Source: a bacterium
GTDB lineage: Bacteria > UBA8248
Assembly (NCBI GenBank): GCA_965203325.1
Contig: OZ241875.1
Location: forward strand, 2,944,001-3,008,000
Length of the DNA stretch: 64,000 nt
Direction of reading: 5' to 3'
Shown here: positions 10,513 through 20,933 of the stretch, piece by piece
Layout of the letters: every line of letters starts with the position of its first letter
How positions within the stretch are numbered: the stretch's first letter is position 1
Notes under the pieces: model-generated
Told to the model about the DNA's origin: nothing
Databases searched by the model: none
The model's input: only the letters and a program-made list of their open reading frames with translations
Translations under genes and position numbers: made by a program

Positions 10513-11772
10513 ATGGCCATGCGTGCAGAGACTCCCGAGGATAGAATTTTCAGGAATGCCAGAATTGGCTCTCAAGACGCATTGGTGGATTTTTGCGTCA
10601 CTGAAGGCCTTTTTTCGAGAATTTCACCGGGTCTGAGCAACGATGCCGGCTGTGAAGAAGTCGATTTGGGCGGCCGCGTCGTGCTGCCGACGTTCGTGGA
10701 GAGCCACATCCATCTCGACAAGGCGTTTTTGGAAGAACGCGAGCCCAATCGTTCCGGTACGCTCGAAGACGCCATTTCCATCACGCTGGCGCTCAAAAAA
10801 GGCGTAACGAAACAAGACATCATGGAGCGCGCCGAGCGCGCGCTGCGCATGTGCATCCGGCACGGCGCCACGTGGTTTCGCGCACAGGTGGAGGTCGACC
10901 CCATCGTCGGCCTCAAGGGAGTGGAAGTCGCTCTGGCGCTCAAGGAGAAGTACGCAGGTCTGGCGGATTTTCAACTCGTCGTTTTCCCGCAGGAAGGCAT
11001 CGAGCAGCAGCCGGGCACGGAGGATTTGATGCGCGAGGCCATGCGGATGGGCGGGGACCTCGTGGGCGGAATCCCCTACAACGACCTCGACCCCGAGCGG
11101 CATCTGGACATCGTTTTCGGAATGGCCGAGACGTTCGGCTGCGGCCTGGATTTTCATCTCGATTTCGCGGACGACCCCCGGGTGAGGAATATCGACTCCG
11201 TAGCCGCCCGCACGATGGCCGCAGGCTTGCAGGGCCGGGTGGCCGCCGGTCATTTAACCTCCCTGGGCGCCATGGCGCCGGATGATGCCGCGCGGGTCAT
11301 CGAGAAGATTCTCGAAGCGGGCATCTCCGTCCTGCCCTTGCCGGCGACGGATCTGTTCCTGGGCGGTAGGGGGGAGGAACCGCCTCGCTTCAGAAGCCTC
11401 GCTCCCGTCAAGGAGCTGTTGAGCGCAGGCGTCAACGTCGCCATTTCATCGAACAACATCAGAAACGCCTTTACGCCCTCGGGACGCGGGGATTTGCTCG
11501 AAATCGGCCTTCTCCTCGCCCATGCGCTCCACATGAGCGGCGCATCGGAGAGGAGCGTGGTTCCCGAGCTTTTCACGACAAACGGCGCAAAGGCGCTGGG
11601 GGTGGAGGAGGGCTACGGCTTAAGACCCGGCTGCGCGGCCGATTTCGTGGTTCTCGATTCCGTGAATTTCGACGACGTCCTCATCGATCAACCCGAGAAG
11701 CGATTCGTGGTGAAAGGCGGGCGCATCGTCGTGGAGAACGTCTCGGAAACGACCTGGCGGGAGGGGACTTGA
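10513..11772 (+). CDS. Metal-dependent amidohydrolase, cytosine deaminase (CodA)-like fold
   Basis: ESHIHLDKA, QLVVFPQEG, DLVGGIPY, AGHLTSL, ADFVVLD. Confidence 0.85.
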   Translation: MAMRAETPEDRIFRNARIGSQDALVDFCVTEGLFSRISPGLSNDAGCEEVDLGGRVVLPTFVESHIHLDKAFLEEREPNRSGTLEDAISITLALKKGVTKQDIMERAERALRMCIRHGATWFRAQVEVDPIVGLKGVEVALALKEKYAGLADFQLVVFPQEGIEQQPGTEDLMREAMRMGGDLVGGIPYNDLDPERHLDIVFGMAETFGCGLDFHLDFADDPRVRNIDSVAARTMAAGLQGRVAAGHLTSLGAMAPDDAARVIEKILEAGISVLPLPATDLFLGGRGEEPPRFRSLAPVKELLSAGVNVAISSNNIRNAFTPSGRGDLLEIGLLLAHALHMSGASERSVVPELFTTNGAKALGVEEGYGLRPGCAADFVVLDSVNFDDVLIDQPEKRFVVKGGRIVVENVSETTWREGT

Positions 11773-13022
11773 TGGGCGTGATCACGGACGCGAACGCGGA
11801 GGCGCTCTCCCGCATCACCGAAGCCGAACCCGTCCTGGTGGACGTACGCCCGGCGGGCGAGGTGATACCGGGTCTGGAGGAGGGCGTTCTCCTGCACGCC
11901 GGCCCGCCGATCGAGTGGGCGCGGATGTGCGGCCCCCTGCGCGGGGCGATTGCGGGGGCGGTCGTCCTGGAGGGCTGGGCGGGAGATTTGGCCTCGGGCG
12001 AGGCGCTCGCCGCCTCGGGCGGTATCGCCTTCCACCCCAATCATCATTTCGACGCCGTCGGCCCCATGACGGGCATCACCACGCGCTCGATGCCGGTGAT
12101 GATCGTTGAGAACAGAAAATTCGGAAACCGCGCCTATTGCACCCTGAACGAAGGTCTGGGGAAGGTGATGCGCTTCGGCGGAAACGACGAGGAGGTGCTG
12201 AACCGGCTTCGCTGGCTGGCGGAGCGCCTGGCGCCCGCGCTGTCAGACGCCCTTGAGATCACCGGAGGGCTGCCGCTCAAGAGCATCATCGCGCGCGGGC
12301 TTTCGATGGGAGACGAGATGCACCAGCGCAACGTGGCCTGCACGAGCCTCTTCATGCGCGAGGCGGCGCCCGCGCTGGCGCGCGTCGTGGGGGATGGCAA
12401 GGCGCTGGAGGAGGTATTGTCGTTCATCGGCGGTAACGATCAGTTTTTCCTGAACGTCGCGATGGCGACCGGCAAGGCGGTGATGGACCCGGTGCGCGAT
12501 ATCGGGGCGTCTAGCATCGTTACGGCGATGTGCCGCAACGGAACGGACTTCGGGGTCCGGGTGAGCGCGACGGGCGATGAGTGGTTCACGGCGCCGGTGG
12601 AGATGCCCGAGGGGTTGTATTTCCCCGGTTTCGGCGAGGACGACGCGAATCCGGATATGGGTGATTCCACGATTATCGAGACCATGGGACTGGGCGGATT
12701 CGCCATGGCCGCAGCGCCCGCCGTCGTCGGGTTCGTGGGTGCGGGAAGCGCGGCTGATGCGCTGAATTACTCCCGCGCCATGTACGAGATCACCCAGGGC
12801 CGAAACCCCGAGTGGACGATCCCCGCCCTCGATTTTGAGGGTGTTCCCACAGGGATAGACGTCACCAAGGTCGTGAAGCTGGGCGTCACGCCCGTCATCA
12901 ACACAGGCATCGCGCATAAAGAACCGGGCGTCGGTCAGGTGGGCGCGGGCGTCGTTCGCGCGCCGCTCGCCTGTTTCGAGCAGGCGCTCGAAGCCTATGG
13001 CGCGAAGATGGGCGTGGTTTAA
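11772..13022 (+). CDS. DUF1116 (YlbE/AllG-like) protein
   Basis: LLHAGPP, GKVMRFG, MGDEMHQRN, RNGTDFG, PDMGDS, INTGIAHK, GQVGAG. ATG overlaps the upstream TGA. Confidence 0.88.
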   Translation: MGVITDANAEALSRITEAEPVLVDVRPAGEVIPGLEEGVLLHAGPPIEWARMCGPLRGAIAGAVVLEGWAGDLASGEALAASGGIAFHPNHHFDAVGPMTGITTRSMPVMIVENRKFGNRAYCTLNEGLGKVMRFGGNDEEVLNRLRWLAERLAPALSDALEITGGLPLKSIIARGLSMGDEMHQRNVACTSLFMREAAPALARVVGDGKALEEVLSFIGGNDQFFLNVAMATGKAVMDPVRDIGASSIVTAMCRNGTDFGVRVSATGDEWFTAPVEMPEGLYFPGFGEDDANPDMGDSTIIETMGLGGFAMAAAPAVVGFVGAGSAADALNYSRAMYEITQGRNPEWTIPALDFEGVPTGIDVTKVVKLGVTPVINTGIAHKEPGVGQVGAGVVRAPLACFEQALEAYGAKMGVV

Positions 13023-13030
13023 GAGCCCCT

Positions 13031-14704
13031 TTAGTTCTCCAGGCGTTCGTATTCGATGTGGGCGTCGATCAGGTACGGCTTGCCGCCCGCCAGTCCTTTC
13101 CCCATGGCCTCTTTGAGTTCCGCTGGCGTCTTTGCCCGGATGGCGTCCACGCCCATGGATTGGGCCATCTGGATGAAATCGAGTTCGGGCTCCTTGAAAT
13201 CCATGGCGACGAATTGCCGGTGCTCCTGCGTCTTGCCGTCGAGCCTCAGGACCCGCTCTTTGAGAATCCGGTAGCTCTTGTTGTTCAGAATCACGAACAC
13301 GGCGTCGAGATCGTATTTCGCGGCGCTCCAGAGCGCCTGGATGGCGTACATCGCGGAGCCGTCTCCCGAGAGGCAGACCACAGGGGTGTCGGGCAGAGCT
13401 TTCTTGACGCCCAGCGCGCTGGGCAGCCCGAGACCGATGCCGCCTCCCTTCATGCCGAAGATGGAATCTATCTTCCCTGCGACCGCGCTTTTCAAGCCTC
13501 CCCCGTGCCCCATGGTGAGGGATTCATCCACCAGCGCCGTCCCGTGAGGCAGGGCCTCACCGAATGCGGCCTGGAAAGTCTCTTTCGTCAAGGGGCCGCC
13601 ATCCTCGCCTGTCTTGGGGGCGATCTCCCTTCTCGAGGCTGCCAGTTCCTTCTCGATCCAAGCGCGGCGCTCGCCTGCGCTTTGAAGGCCCGCTTCGCCC
13701 ATTTTTTTCTCCACCGCCCCGGTGAGTTCTGTGAGCGTGGTCTTGGGGTCTCCCAGCATGGCGACGTCGACGGGGAAGTTTTTGCCGATCTCCCAGGGGT
13801 CGAGATCGAGATGGATGATCCGCGCGCTGCGCGGCGCAAGCGGCCCCTCCGGCGGGAAGGAGAAGGTGTAGGTCTCCGTGCCGATGAAGAACACGACGTC
13901 CGCCTCTTCTATCTGATCCAGCAGCGGTTCGATCGTGTTCAGGAGTTCTCCCGCATACAGGGGATGGGTGAGGGAGACCGAGAGGGAGTTCGGGCGGTTG
14001 TCGGAAAACACCTTCGCCCCGATGCGCTCGGCCAGCCGGGTGACTGCGCCCACCGCGCCCGAGCGGGTGACGCGCGAGCCGGTGACGATGTAGGGGTTCT
14101 CGGCTTCGGCGAGGGTCTGCGCCGCGCGCTCGATGGATTCGGCAGGTGCGGGAAACGCGCTCGAAAGCCGCGTGGGGCGGCCCGTAAGTCCTCCCGTCTC
14201 GGCGAGCATGACGTCGCCGGGAAGCGAGAGGAAGACCGGACCCGTCGGCGGCGTGAGCGCGTGTTTGATCGCCCGGCGGACGCTTTGCTCCAGATCCTCC
14301 ACCCGGCGCACCTCGTAGGACCATTTGGTGAGCGGCTCCGCCATGCGCGGCAGATCGTCCCAGAGCACGGGTTCTGAGAGTTGGCCGCGCTGGCCCTGGT
14401 TGCCCGCCGTGACGATGAGTGGCGTGCCGGCCCGCTTGATGTTGTAGAGCATGCCCATGGCGTTGCCCAGACCGGGCGCGACGTGGAGATTCACCACACC
14501 CACGCCGCCCGTGGCGTAGGCGTAGCCCTCCGCCGCGCCGATGGTGACGGACTCCTGAAGGCAGAGGATGTAATCGAGCCTGCTCTCGTTCACCAGCGCG
14601 TCCATGAGGGGAAGTTCGGTGGTGCCCGGGTTGCCGAACATGCAGCCGACGCCCTCGTCGATGAGTGTTTCCAAAAACAGGTCCGAGCCGTTACCACTAT
14701 TCAT
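13031..14704 (-). CDS. ThDP-dependent enzyme, benzoylformate decarboxylase-like
   Basis: FGNPGTTELP, LHVAPGLGNAMG, GDGSAMY...LWSAA...NN ThDP motif. Confidence 0.88.
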   Translation of the reverse strand: MNSGNGSDLFLETLIDEGVGCMFGNPGTTELPLMDALVNESRLDYILCLQESVTIGAAEGYAYATGGVGVVNLHVAPGLGNAMGMLYNIKRAGTPLIVTAGNQGQRGQLSEPVLWDDLPRMAEPLTKWSYEVRRVEDLEQSVRRAIKHALTPPTGPVFLSLPGDVMLAETGGLTGRPTRLSSAFPAPAESIERAAQTLAEAENPYIVTGSRVTRSGAVGAVTRLAERIGAKVFSDNRPNSLSVSLTHPLYAGELLNTIEPLLDQIEEADVVFFIGTETYTFSFPPEGPLAPRSARIIHLDLDPWEIGKNFPVDVAMLGDPKTTLTELTGAVEKKMGEAGLQSAGERRAWIEKELAASRREIAPKTGEDGGPLTKETFQAAFGEALPHGTALVDESLTMGHGGGLKSAVAGKIDSIFGMKGGGIGLGLPSALGVKKALPDTPVVCLSGDGSAMYAIQALWSAAKYDLDAVFVILNNKSYRILKERVLRLDGKTQEHRQFVAMDFKEPELDFIQMAQSMGVDAIRAKTPAELKEAMGKGLAGGKPYLIDAHIEYERLEN

Positions 14705-14734
14705 GCGCTCTCCCTCGCGAGAAATTTATTGGAC

Positions 14735-15910
14735 TTAGAAGATGGATGCCGCCTCATTTTGACTCAAAACGAAGTTCGACGCCATTTGCAGGCACTTCTC
14801 CGTGCTGGGCGGCATCACCAGCGCGGCCCTGGCGTCGCGGTGAAACCGCTGCAGCGGCTTGTCGTTCAGCAGGCCGGGCCCGCCCGCAATTTTGAGCGCC
14901 TTTTCCGTCATGGAAGCCGCCGCTTCGGAAGCGGTGTATTTCGCCTCGTTGATGAAGGGAATGGCCTTGGCAGCACCCTCGGTCTCCAGCACCCAGGCGG
15001 CTTTCTGGATCATGATGAGCGCGGTCTCATAAGCGATTTTCATCTCCCCGATCTGGCGCTGAATCGCGGGGTAGCTCGCAATGGGGGCGTTGTCGGGCAG
15101 GAGTTTGCGCTTGAGCGCGTAGTCGACAATCCAGTCCAGCGCAGCGACGCCCGCACCCAGATAGACGGCGGCGTAGCCCAGGCCGAACCTGGGCACGAAA
15201 TCGGGCTGGAGGATACCCTCGCCCGTGCCCACGATGTTGCGCGCCGGAACCCTTACGTCCTCATAGGCGAGCGCGTGGCTGGCCGTGCCCCGCATGGCGA
15301 AGGCGTCCCAGCGGCTCGGGATGGTGATGCCGCCCAAGTTCTTGTCCAGCACCGCCCAGCGCAGACCGGCCTGAAGTTCCTCGACTTCTTCGAGCAGGCA
15401 CCAGAGCACGTAATAGTCCGCCTCCCCGGCCATGGAGCAGAAATACTTCTGGCCGTTGATGATGTATTCCTCGCCCTCTTTGCGCGCGCGCGTGGTGATG
15501 GTGCGGTTCCACTGGGGGCTGGAGGCCGCCTCGCCCGCGTGGCTGCCGAAGATGGCGCCGTTTCGGGCCGCCTCGGCGAAGCGGTGCTTTTGCTCTTCAT
15601 CGGAGAGCGTGAGGAGAAAGTATAGAATCGAACTGTGCATGTGGAGCGTCATGGCGGTGTTCGTACAGCCCTTGCTCAGTTCGTGGAACACCATGGTGTA
15701 GCAGACCGGGTCGCTCCAGAGCGCCCGCCCTCCGTAGGACTCGGGCAGCGTGAGGCGCGTGAAGCCCTCCCGGATCAAGGCGTCGAAACTCTCTCTCGGG
15801 AAGCGTTGTTCCTGATCGCATTCGTCCGCGTAGGTAGCCAGTACGTCTCGGGCGATATCTCGGGCCTTGTCGATCAGAGCCTCGTTTTCCGGGTTCAGGC
15901 GTAGGTCCAT
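14735..15910 (-). CDS. Acyl-CoA dehydrogenase-fold flavoprotein
   Basis: INGQKYFCS, MRGTAS, LQRFHRDARA; C-terminal VMPP instead of xYEG. Confidence 0.85.
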   Translation of the reverse strand: MDLRLNPENEALIDKARDIARDVLATYADECDQEQRFPRESFDALIREGFTRLTLPESYGGRALWSDPVCYTMVFHELSKGCTNTAMTLHMHSSILYFLLTLSDEEQKHRFAEAARNGAIFGSHAGEAASSPQWNRTITTRARKEGEEYIINGQKYFCSMAGEADYYVLWCLLEEVEELQAGLRWAVLDKNLGGITIPSRWDAFAMRGTASHALAYEDVRVPARNIVGTGEGILQPDFVPRFGLGYAAVYLGAGVAALDWIVDYALKRKLLPDNAPIASYPAIQRQIGEMKIAYETALIMIQKAAWVLETEGAAKAIPFINEAKYTASEAAASMTEKALKIAGGPGLLNDKPLQRFHRDARAALVMPPSTEKCLQMASNFVLSQNEAASIF

Positions 15911-15948
15911 GAATTCTCGTAGTAGTGCTCGATAATGAAAATGGTCTT

Positions 15949-17520
15949 TTACGTTTTCTCTTTCAGTAAACGGCGCAGTATTTTTCCGCTGCCCGACTTC
16001 GGGATGGCGTCGATGAAGGCCACCGCGCGAATGTGCTTGTAGCCCGCAACCTTTTGGTTCACGAAATCCATCAGGGCCACCTCATTGATCTGGACGCCTT
16101 CTTTGGGCACCACGAAGGCCATGGGGACCTCACCGGCTTCCGGGTCCTCACGGGGGACGACGGCCGCGTCCGCAACGTCGGGGTGCAGGTGCAGGCACGC
16201 TTCGAGCTCGGCCGGTGCGACGGCGAAGCCCTTGTATTTGATCATCTCTTTTTTCCTGTCCATCAGATAGACGTAGCCCCCCTCGTCCACCCGCCCGATG
16301 TCGCCCGTATGGAGCCAGCCGTCGCGCAGCGCCTCGGCGGTGGCCTCGGGCGCGTTCCAGTAGCCCTTCATGATGTGGGGTCCCTTGATGATCAACTCGC
16401 CCGCCTCGCCGACGGGCAGTTCCGTCGTTCCCGTTTCCACGTCGACGATTTTCTGCTCCTGATCGGAGACGGGAGGCCCCACGGACTCCTCCCGGATGAG
16501 GGCCTCCACCGGCGGGTTCATGTGCGTGAGCGGCGAGGCTTCGGTGAGACCGTAGCCCATGAAGGTGAGCACGCCCGTTCTCTCCTGCACGATGCGTCTT
16601 ACTTCGGGCGGCAGGGGGGCGGCGCCGCTCATGATGTATCTCAAGGAGGAAAGGTCGTAGTCGCCCAGGTTTTCATGGTGCGCGATGGCCAGGAGCGCGG
16701 GCGGAACACCGAAGAAAAGCGTGAGCTTGTGTTCCTGCACGAGACGCAGGGCGTCAGGCACGGTGAAGCGTTTCATCAGCACGTGGGTGGCCCCGGCGAG
16801 AATCAGCGCGCCCATGATCAGCGCGCCGTAGATGTGATAAAGCGGCAAAAACAGGAGCCCCGAATCCCGGTCCGTAATGTGATGGTTCGCCACGCACTGG
16901 TGGTAGTTCGACACCAGATTCCTGTGGGTCAGCATCACGCCCTTGGGAAGACCCGTCGTGCCGCTCGAATAGGGCAGGGCGATTAAGTCCTCGGCGGTGT
17001 CGATTTGCGGCTCCGGCAGATTTTCCGGCGAGTGCGCGCCTATCCAGTCTCCGAAGCGGGCGTCGCCTCCGTCGTCATCCGTGACGATGACGGATTCGAG
17101 CATCGAGAGTTCTTTCTGCACTTCCCGAATTACGGCGGCGCCCTCGGCAGTCGTGATCAGAATCTTCGCACCCGAATCGCCCAGCTGGTACGCGGCTTCT
17201 GCTTCCTTGTAGGCGGGGTTCATCGGCGTGAAGACGGCGCCTATCTTCGATGCGCCGAAAGCGGCGATTTCGAATTCTGCCGAATTGGGGAGAAACAGGC
17301 CGACGCGGTCCCCGACCCCAATGCCCGAAGCGAGCATGGCGCGGGCGCAGGCGTTCGAGAGCACGTCGAGTTCCCGGAAACTCATGTGGATATCCCCGTC
17401 CACCAAGGCGACGGCGTCGGGGCGGCGCGCGCACGCCGTTTTGAGCAGTCCGTGGAACGCGTAATCGGGATATTCGAGCGGGGGACGGAAATAGGGAGGA
17501 AGATTTGCGCTTTCACTCAT
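15949..17520 (-). CDS. AMP-forming acyl-CoA ligase, 4-coumarate/long-chain-like
   Basis: YSSGTTGLPKG, GYGLTE, WLHTGD, DRKKEMIK, PKSGSGKILR. ATG 17520 follows a GGAGG RBS. Confidence 0.9.
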   Translation of the reverse strand: MSESANLPPYFRPPLEYPDYAFHGLLKTACARRPDAVALVDGDIHMSFRELDVLSNACARAMLASGIGVGDRVGLFLPNSAEFEIAAFGASKIGAVFTPMNPAYKEAEAAYQLGDSGAKILITTAEGAAVIREVQKELSMLESVIVTDDDGGDARFGDWIGAHSPENLPEPQIDTAEDLIALPYSSGTTGLPKGVMLTHRNLVSNYHQCVANHHITDRDSGLLFLPLYHIYGALIMGALILAGATHVLMKRFTVPDALRLVQEHKLTLFFGVPPALLAIAHHENLGDYDLSSLRYIMSGAAPLPPEVRRIVQERTGVLTFMGYGLTEASPLTHMNPPVEALIREESVGPPVSDQEQKIVDVETGTTELPVGEAGELIIKGPHIMKGYWNAPEATAEALRDGWLHTGDIGRVDEGGYVYLMDRKKEMIKYKGFAVAPAELEACLHLHPDVADAAVVPREDPEAGEVPMAFVVPKEGVQINEVALMDFVNQKVAGYKHIRAVAFIDAIPKSGSGKILRRLLKEKT

Positions 17521-17540
17521 CGGCGATGTTCCTCCATCCG

Positions 17541-18716
17541 TTATGAGCCCAGCACGTTCGCGCTGCCCTCGAGCACGGTTTTGGCGGTGAGTTCCAGGCA
17601 CTTTTCCGTGTTGGGCGGCATGATGAGGCCTGCCCTCGCCTCGCGGTGGAAGCGCTGGAGCGGGTTGTGGCGGAACAGTCCCGGTCCGCCGGCCACCTTG
17701 AGCGCTTTTTCCGTGATGAAGGCGGAGGCTTCCGCGCAAACGTATTTCGCTTCGTTGATGGCGCCGTAGGCCTTGTCCGCACCGTGGGCGTTGATCATCC
17801 ACCCCGCTCTCTGGAGCATGAGAATCGCGCCTTCGAGTGCGATTTTCATCTCCCCGATCTGGCGCTGTATGGCGGGGTATGAGGCGATGGGCACGTTGTC
17901 GGGCATGAGCTTACGGGTTTGCGCGTAGTTGACCACCCAGTCGAAGGCGCCTCCGCCCGCGCCGAGGTAGACGGCGGAATAGCCGAAACCGAACTTGGGC
18001 AGAACGTCGGGGCGTATCGGGTCTCCACCCCGGCCCACCAGATCCTCCACCGGTATCTTCACGTCGTCGTATATCATCGAGTGGCTTATCGTTCCGCGCA
18101 TGGCGAAGGAGTTCCACTCCTGATCTATCTTGAAGCCGGGGTTGTCCGAGGGCGCAATGAGCAGCCCCAGGCTTTTCGTGAGTTCTTCCTCGTCTTCGAG
18201 CTGCACCCAGAGCACGTAGTAATCCGCCTCGCCGGCCATGGAACAGAAGTATTTCCTGCCGTTGATCCGGTAGACGTCACCGTCTCGTATCGCCTTCGTC
18301 TCCATGCGCCAGACGCCGTGGAGGCTCGAGGTGTTCTCGCTCGCGTAGCTCGCGATGATTTTTCCGCTTCTTATGATTTCGCCGTACCTGCGTTTTTGCT
18401 CATCCGTTCCCAGGTAGGTGATGACGTGCGAGATGGAACTGTGCATGTGAAAGAGCATGGCCGTGTTCGTACAGCCTTTCGACAACTCGTAGAGGACCAT
18501 CGAGTAGGTGGCGGTGTCCTCGTAGAGGTCTCTGCCGCCCTGGTCTTTCGGAAGCGTCAGGGAGGTGAAGCCCTCCTTTGCCAAATCGTTGAAATTCTCG
18601 CGGGGAAAAATTCCTTCCTGGTCGATTTTCTCGGCTCTCGGGGCCAGGATTTCCTTCGCGTAGATTTTCGCGCGTTCGAGCAAATCTTCATTTTCAGGGT
18701 TGATCCGAAAATCCAC
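17541..18716 (-). CDS. Acyl-CoA dehydrogenase-fold flavoprotein, paralog of 14735-15910
   Basis: Shares ELSKGCTNTAM, KYFCSMAGEADYYVLW and PIASYPAIQRQIGEMKIA with its paralog. Confidence 0.85.
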   Translation of the reverse strand: MDFRINPENEDLLERAKIYAKEILAPRAEKIDQEGIFPRENFNDLAKEGFTSLTLPKDQGGRDLYEDTATYSMVLYELSKGCTNTAMLFHMHSSISHVITYLGTDEQKRRYGEIIRSGKIIASYASENTSSLHGVWRMETKAIRDGDVYRINGRKYFCSMAGEADYYVLWVQLEDEEELTKSLGLLIAPSDNPGFKIDQEWNSFAMRGTISHSMIYDDVKIPVEDLVGRGGDPIRPDVLPKFGFGYSAVYLGAGGGAFDWVVNYAQTRKLMPDNVPIASYPAIQRQIGEMKIALEGAILMLQRAGWMINAHGADKAYGAINEAKYVCAEASAFITEKALKVAGGPGLFRHNPLQRFHREARAGLIMPPNTEKCLELTAKTVLEGSANVLGS

Positions 18717-18748
18717 CTGCTTCTTCCTTACCGTTCACGAAATGGAAT

Positions 18749-19906
18749 CTACGCGCCGCCTCGGTTCCAGCCCCGCCCTTCGTCGCCGTAGCCTATCGAG
18801 CCGTCTTCGGTGACGACCACGGTATCCTCGAGCTTCACGAAGCCGACCTCAGGGTTTTTCATGTCGGTTTCGATAGACACCACCATGCCGGGTTCGAGGC
18901 CCCTGGTTTCATAGGTGGCGGGGTAGGGCACGACACCCGAGGAGGTGAGATGCGGTGCTTCGTGCTGGATGATGCCCATGCCGTGGGCGAGGAAGACCAT
19001 CTGATCGTCGTGCTCGCATCTGGCCTGCTCTTTGAGGGCGGCTTCGTAGATTTCCTGTCCCGTGACTCCCGGACGCACGACCGCGCGCGCGGCCGTCTGC
19101 ACCGCCTGGATTTCGCCGAGCAAATCCTCCATGAGCGGCGTGGGCTCGCCCATGACGGCCATGCGGCACAGATCGCCCAGGTATCCCTGCTTGTTCCCGC
19201 CCGAATCGAGCGAGAGAATGTTCCCCTCATCCCAGGTGGCGTTCGAGGGGGCGCGGTTGTAGCTCGGCCCCGTGCAGGTGAGGCAGTACTCGAAGTCGAG
19301 TCCTCTTTGGGTCTCGAGTTTTTTCATCTCATCGGCGACCTCGTACATGGTGGTGCCCGGAGGCGTGCTCTTCATGACGTCGAGCATGCACTCGACGATG
19401 ACTTCCGAGGCCTCTTTCAGCAGGGTGAGTTCGTGGGGCTGCTTCACGGCCCGGAGTTCCTCGAGCAGGTAGACCGCGTCGATGAACTTCGCGTCGGGCA
19501 ACTCCTCCTGAAGCGCCTCGTACGAGTCCGCCGGCAGAAAGCATTTCTCCACCGCCACGGTGCCTTTCTCGTGGCCGAGCCTGCGGATGAAATCGGCCGC
19601 GTCCTTGCCGGCCTGATCGGTGTGCCACTGGTTGTTTCTCTTCTCGGGCACCCACAGGGGTTCGACTTCCTGCTGCCAGCCTTCCATGATGTTCCCGATG
19701 TAGAACGCCTTGTCGGGCGCGCCCTTCGGCAGACCCACTATCGGCTGGTAGCGGCTGACGCCGATGGCGTCCTTGTGGGCGAAGAAAAAGAATTGATAGC
19801 CGCCGAGCAGGTAGCGGACGTTTTCCTTAGAAGTAGCGAGGACGACGTCCGCTCCCTGATCTTCCATCAGGGTGCTGAGCTTGTTGTCATCAAAGGGCAG
19901 GTTCAT
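18749..19906 (-). CDS. M24 family metallopeptidase/amidohydrolase (Xaa-Pro peptidase-like)
   Basis: Pita-bread ligands LDSGG...GDLCR, HGMG, IET, KLED. Confidence 0.85.
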   Translation of the reverse strand: MNLPFDDNKLSTLMEDQGADVVLATSKENVRYLLGGYQFFFFAHKDAIGVSRYQPIVGLPKGAPDKAFYIGNIMEGWQQEVEPLWVPEKRNNQWHTDQAGKDAADFIRRLGHEKGTVAVEKCFLPADSYEALQEELPDAKFIDAVYLLEELRAVKQPHELTLLKEASEVIVECMLDVMKSTPPGTTMYEVADEMKKLETQRGLDFEYCLTCTGPSYNRAPSNATWDEGNILSLDSGGNKQGYLGDLCRMAVMGEPTPLMEDLLGEIQAVQTAARAVVRPGVTGQEIYEAALKEQARCEHDDQMVFLAHGMGIIQHEAPHLTSSGVVPYPATYETRGLEPGMVVSIETDMKNPEVGFVKLEDTVVVTEDGSIGYGDEGRGWNRGGA

Positions 19907-20170
19907 GGCGGTTTCCTCTCGAATATGGGATATCCCGGATTCGGTTTTCTGATTTCATGCCGAGAAAGTACAGATACTCATCTCCTGAAAAGTGCATGAA
20001 GCGGTGGAGAGAGCGCTATCTCGACCATTGGTGGAACAGTGATTCATGAACAGGAAAGGGTGTCATGCAGGACGGAAAAATGCAAGCGGAGCGTTGGAGC
20101 GCGTAGTGTTTCGACCGATGCGCACGAAAGGAAAGAAATGATGAGGCGCGGGTTTTCGCCTAGATGAAAA

Positions 20171-20920
20171 TCAACCGCCCATGGCGATGCCGCCGTTCAC
20201 GTCCAGGCAGACGCCCGTGATGTATTCCGCCTCATCCGAGGCCAGGAAAAGCGCGGCGTTGGCCACGTCCAGAGGTTTGCCCACGCGACCGAGGGGGATC
20301 TGCTTCACAATCTCTTCCTGGCGGGCGGGGAGCCATCCGTCGGTGAGCGGCGTGGCCGTGGGGCCGGGGGCGATGGCGTTCACGGTGACGCCGTAGGGAC
20401 CCAGCGTCTTGGCGAGTGCGCGCGTAAGACCGATGACGCCCGCTTTGGCCGACGTGTAGGGAATCCCGCCCGCGAAGCCGCCCGAGCGCCATGCGGATGA
20501 GGAGAGGTTGACGATGCGGCCGTAACGTCTCTCTATCATGTGCTCGGAGACGGCGCGGGCGCAGAGGTATTCTCCTTTCAGGTTCACGTCGATCACGGCG
20601 TCCCAGTCATCTTCGGTGTATTCGAGGTATCCCTTCTTGGGAGAGATGCCCGCGTTGTTGATGAGGATGTCGATTCGCCCGAATGCTTTCAGGCAGGATT
20701 CGGCCATTTCTTGTACGGCAGCGGAATCTGAAACGTCGGCCTCACACGCCAGAACGCCGTATGGGTGCGTGGAGAGTTCATTCGAGAGGGCTTCCACGGC
20801 TTGCGCGTTTCGGTCGCAGACGAGCAGGGACGCGCCCTCCGCCGCGAAGCGCCTGGCGATGGCCTCGCCCAGACCGCTTCCCGATCCCGTGATGATGGCT
20901 GCCTTGTTCTTCATCCGCAT
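20171..20920 (-). CDS. SDR oxidoreductase, FabG-like
   Basis: TGSGSGLG, NNAG, YTSAK, VNAIAPG. Confidence 0.9.
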   Translation of the reverse strand: MRMKNKAAIITGSGSGLGEAIARRFAAEGASLLVCDRNAQAVEALSNELSTHPYGVLACEADVSDSAAVQEMAESCLKAFGRIDILINNAGISPKKGYLEYTEDDWDAVIDVNLKGEYLCARAVSEHMIERRYGRIVNLSSSAWRSGGFAGGIPYTSAKAGVIGLTRALAKTLGPYGVTVNAIAPGPTATPLTDGWLPARQEEIVKQIPLGRVGKPLDVANAALFLASDEAEYITGVCLDVNGGIAMGG

Positions 20921-20933
20921 GCGGGTCTCCTGT

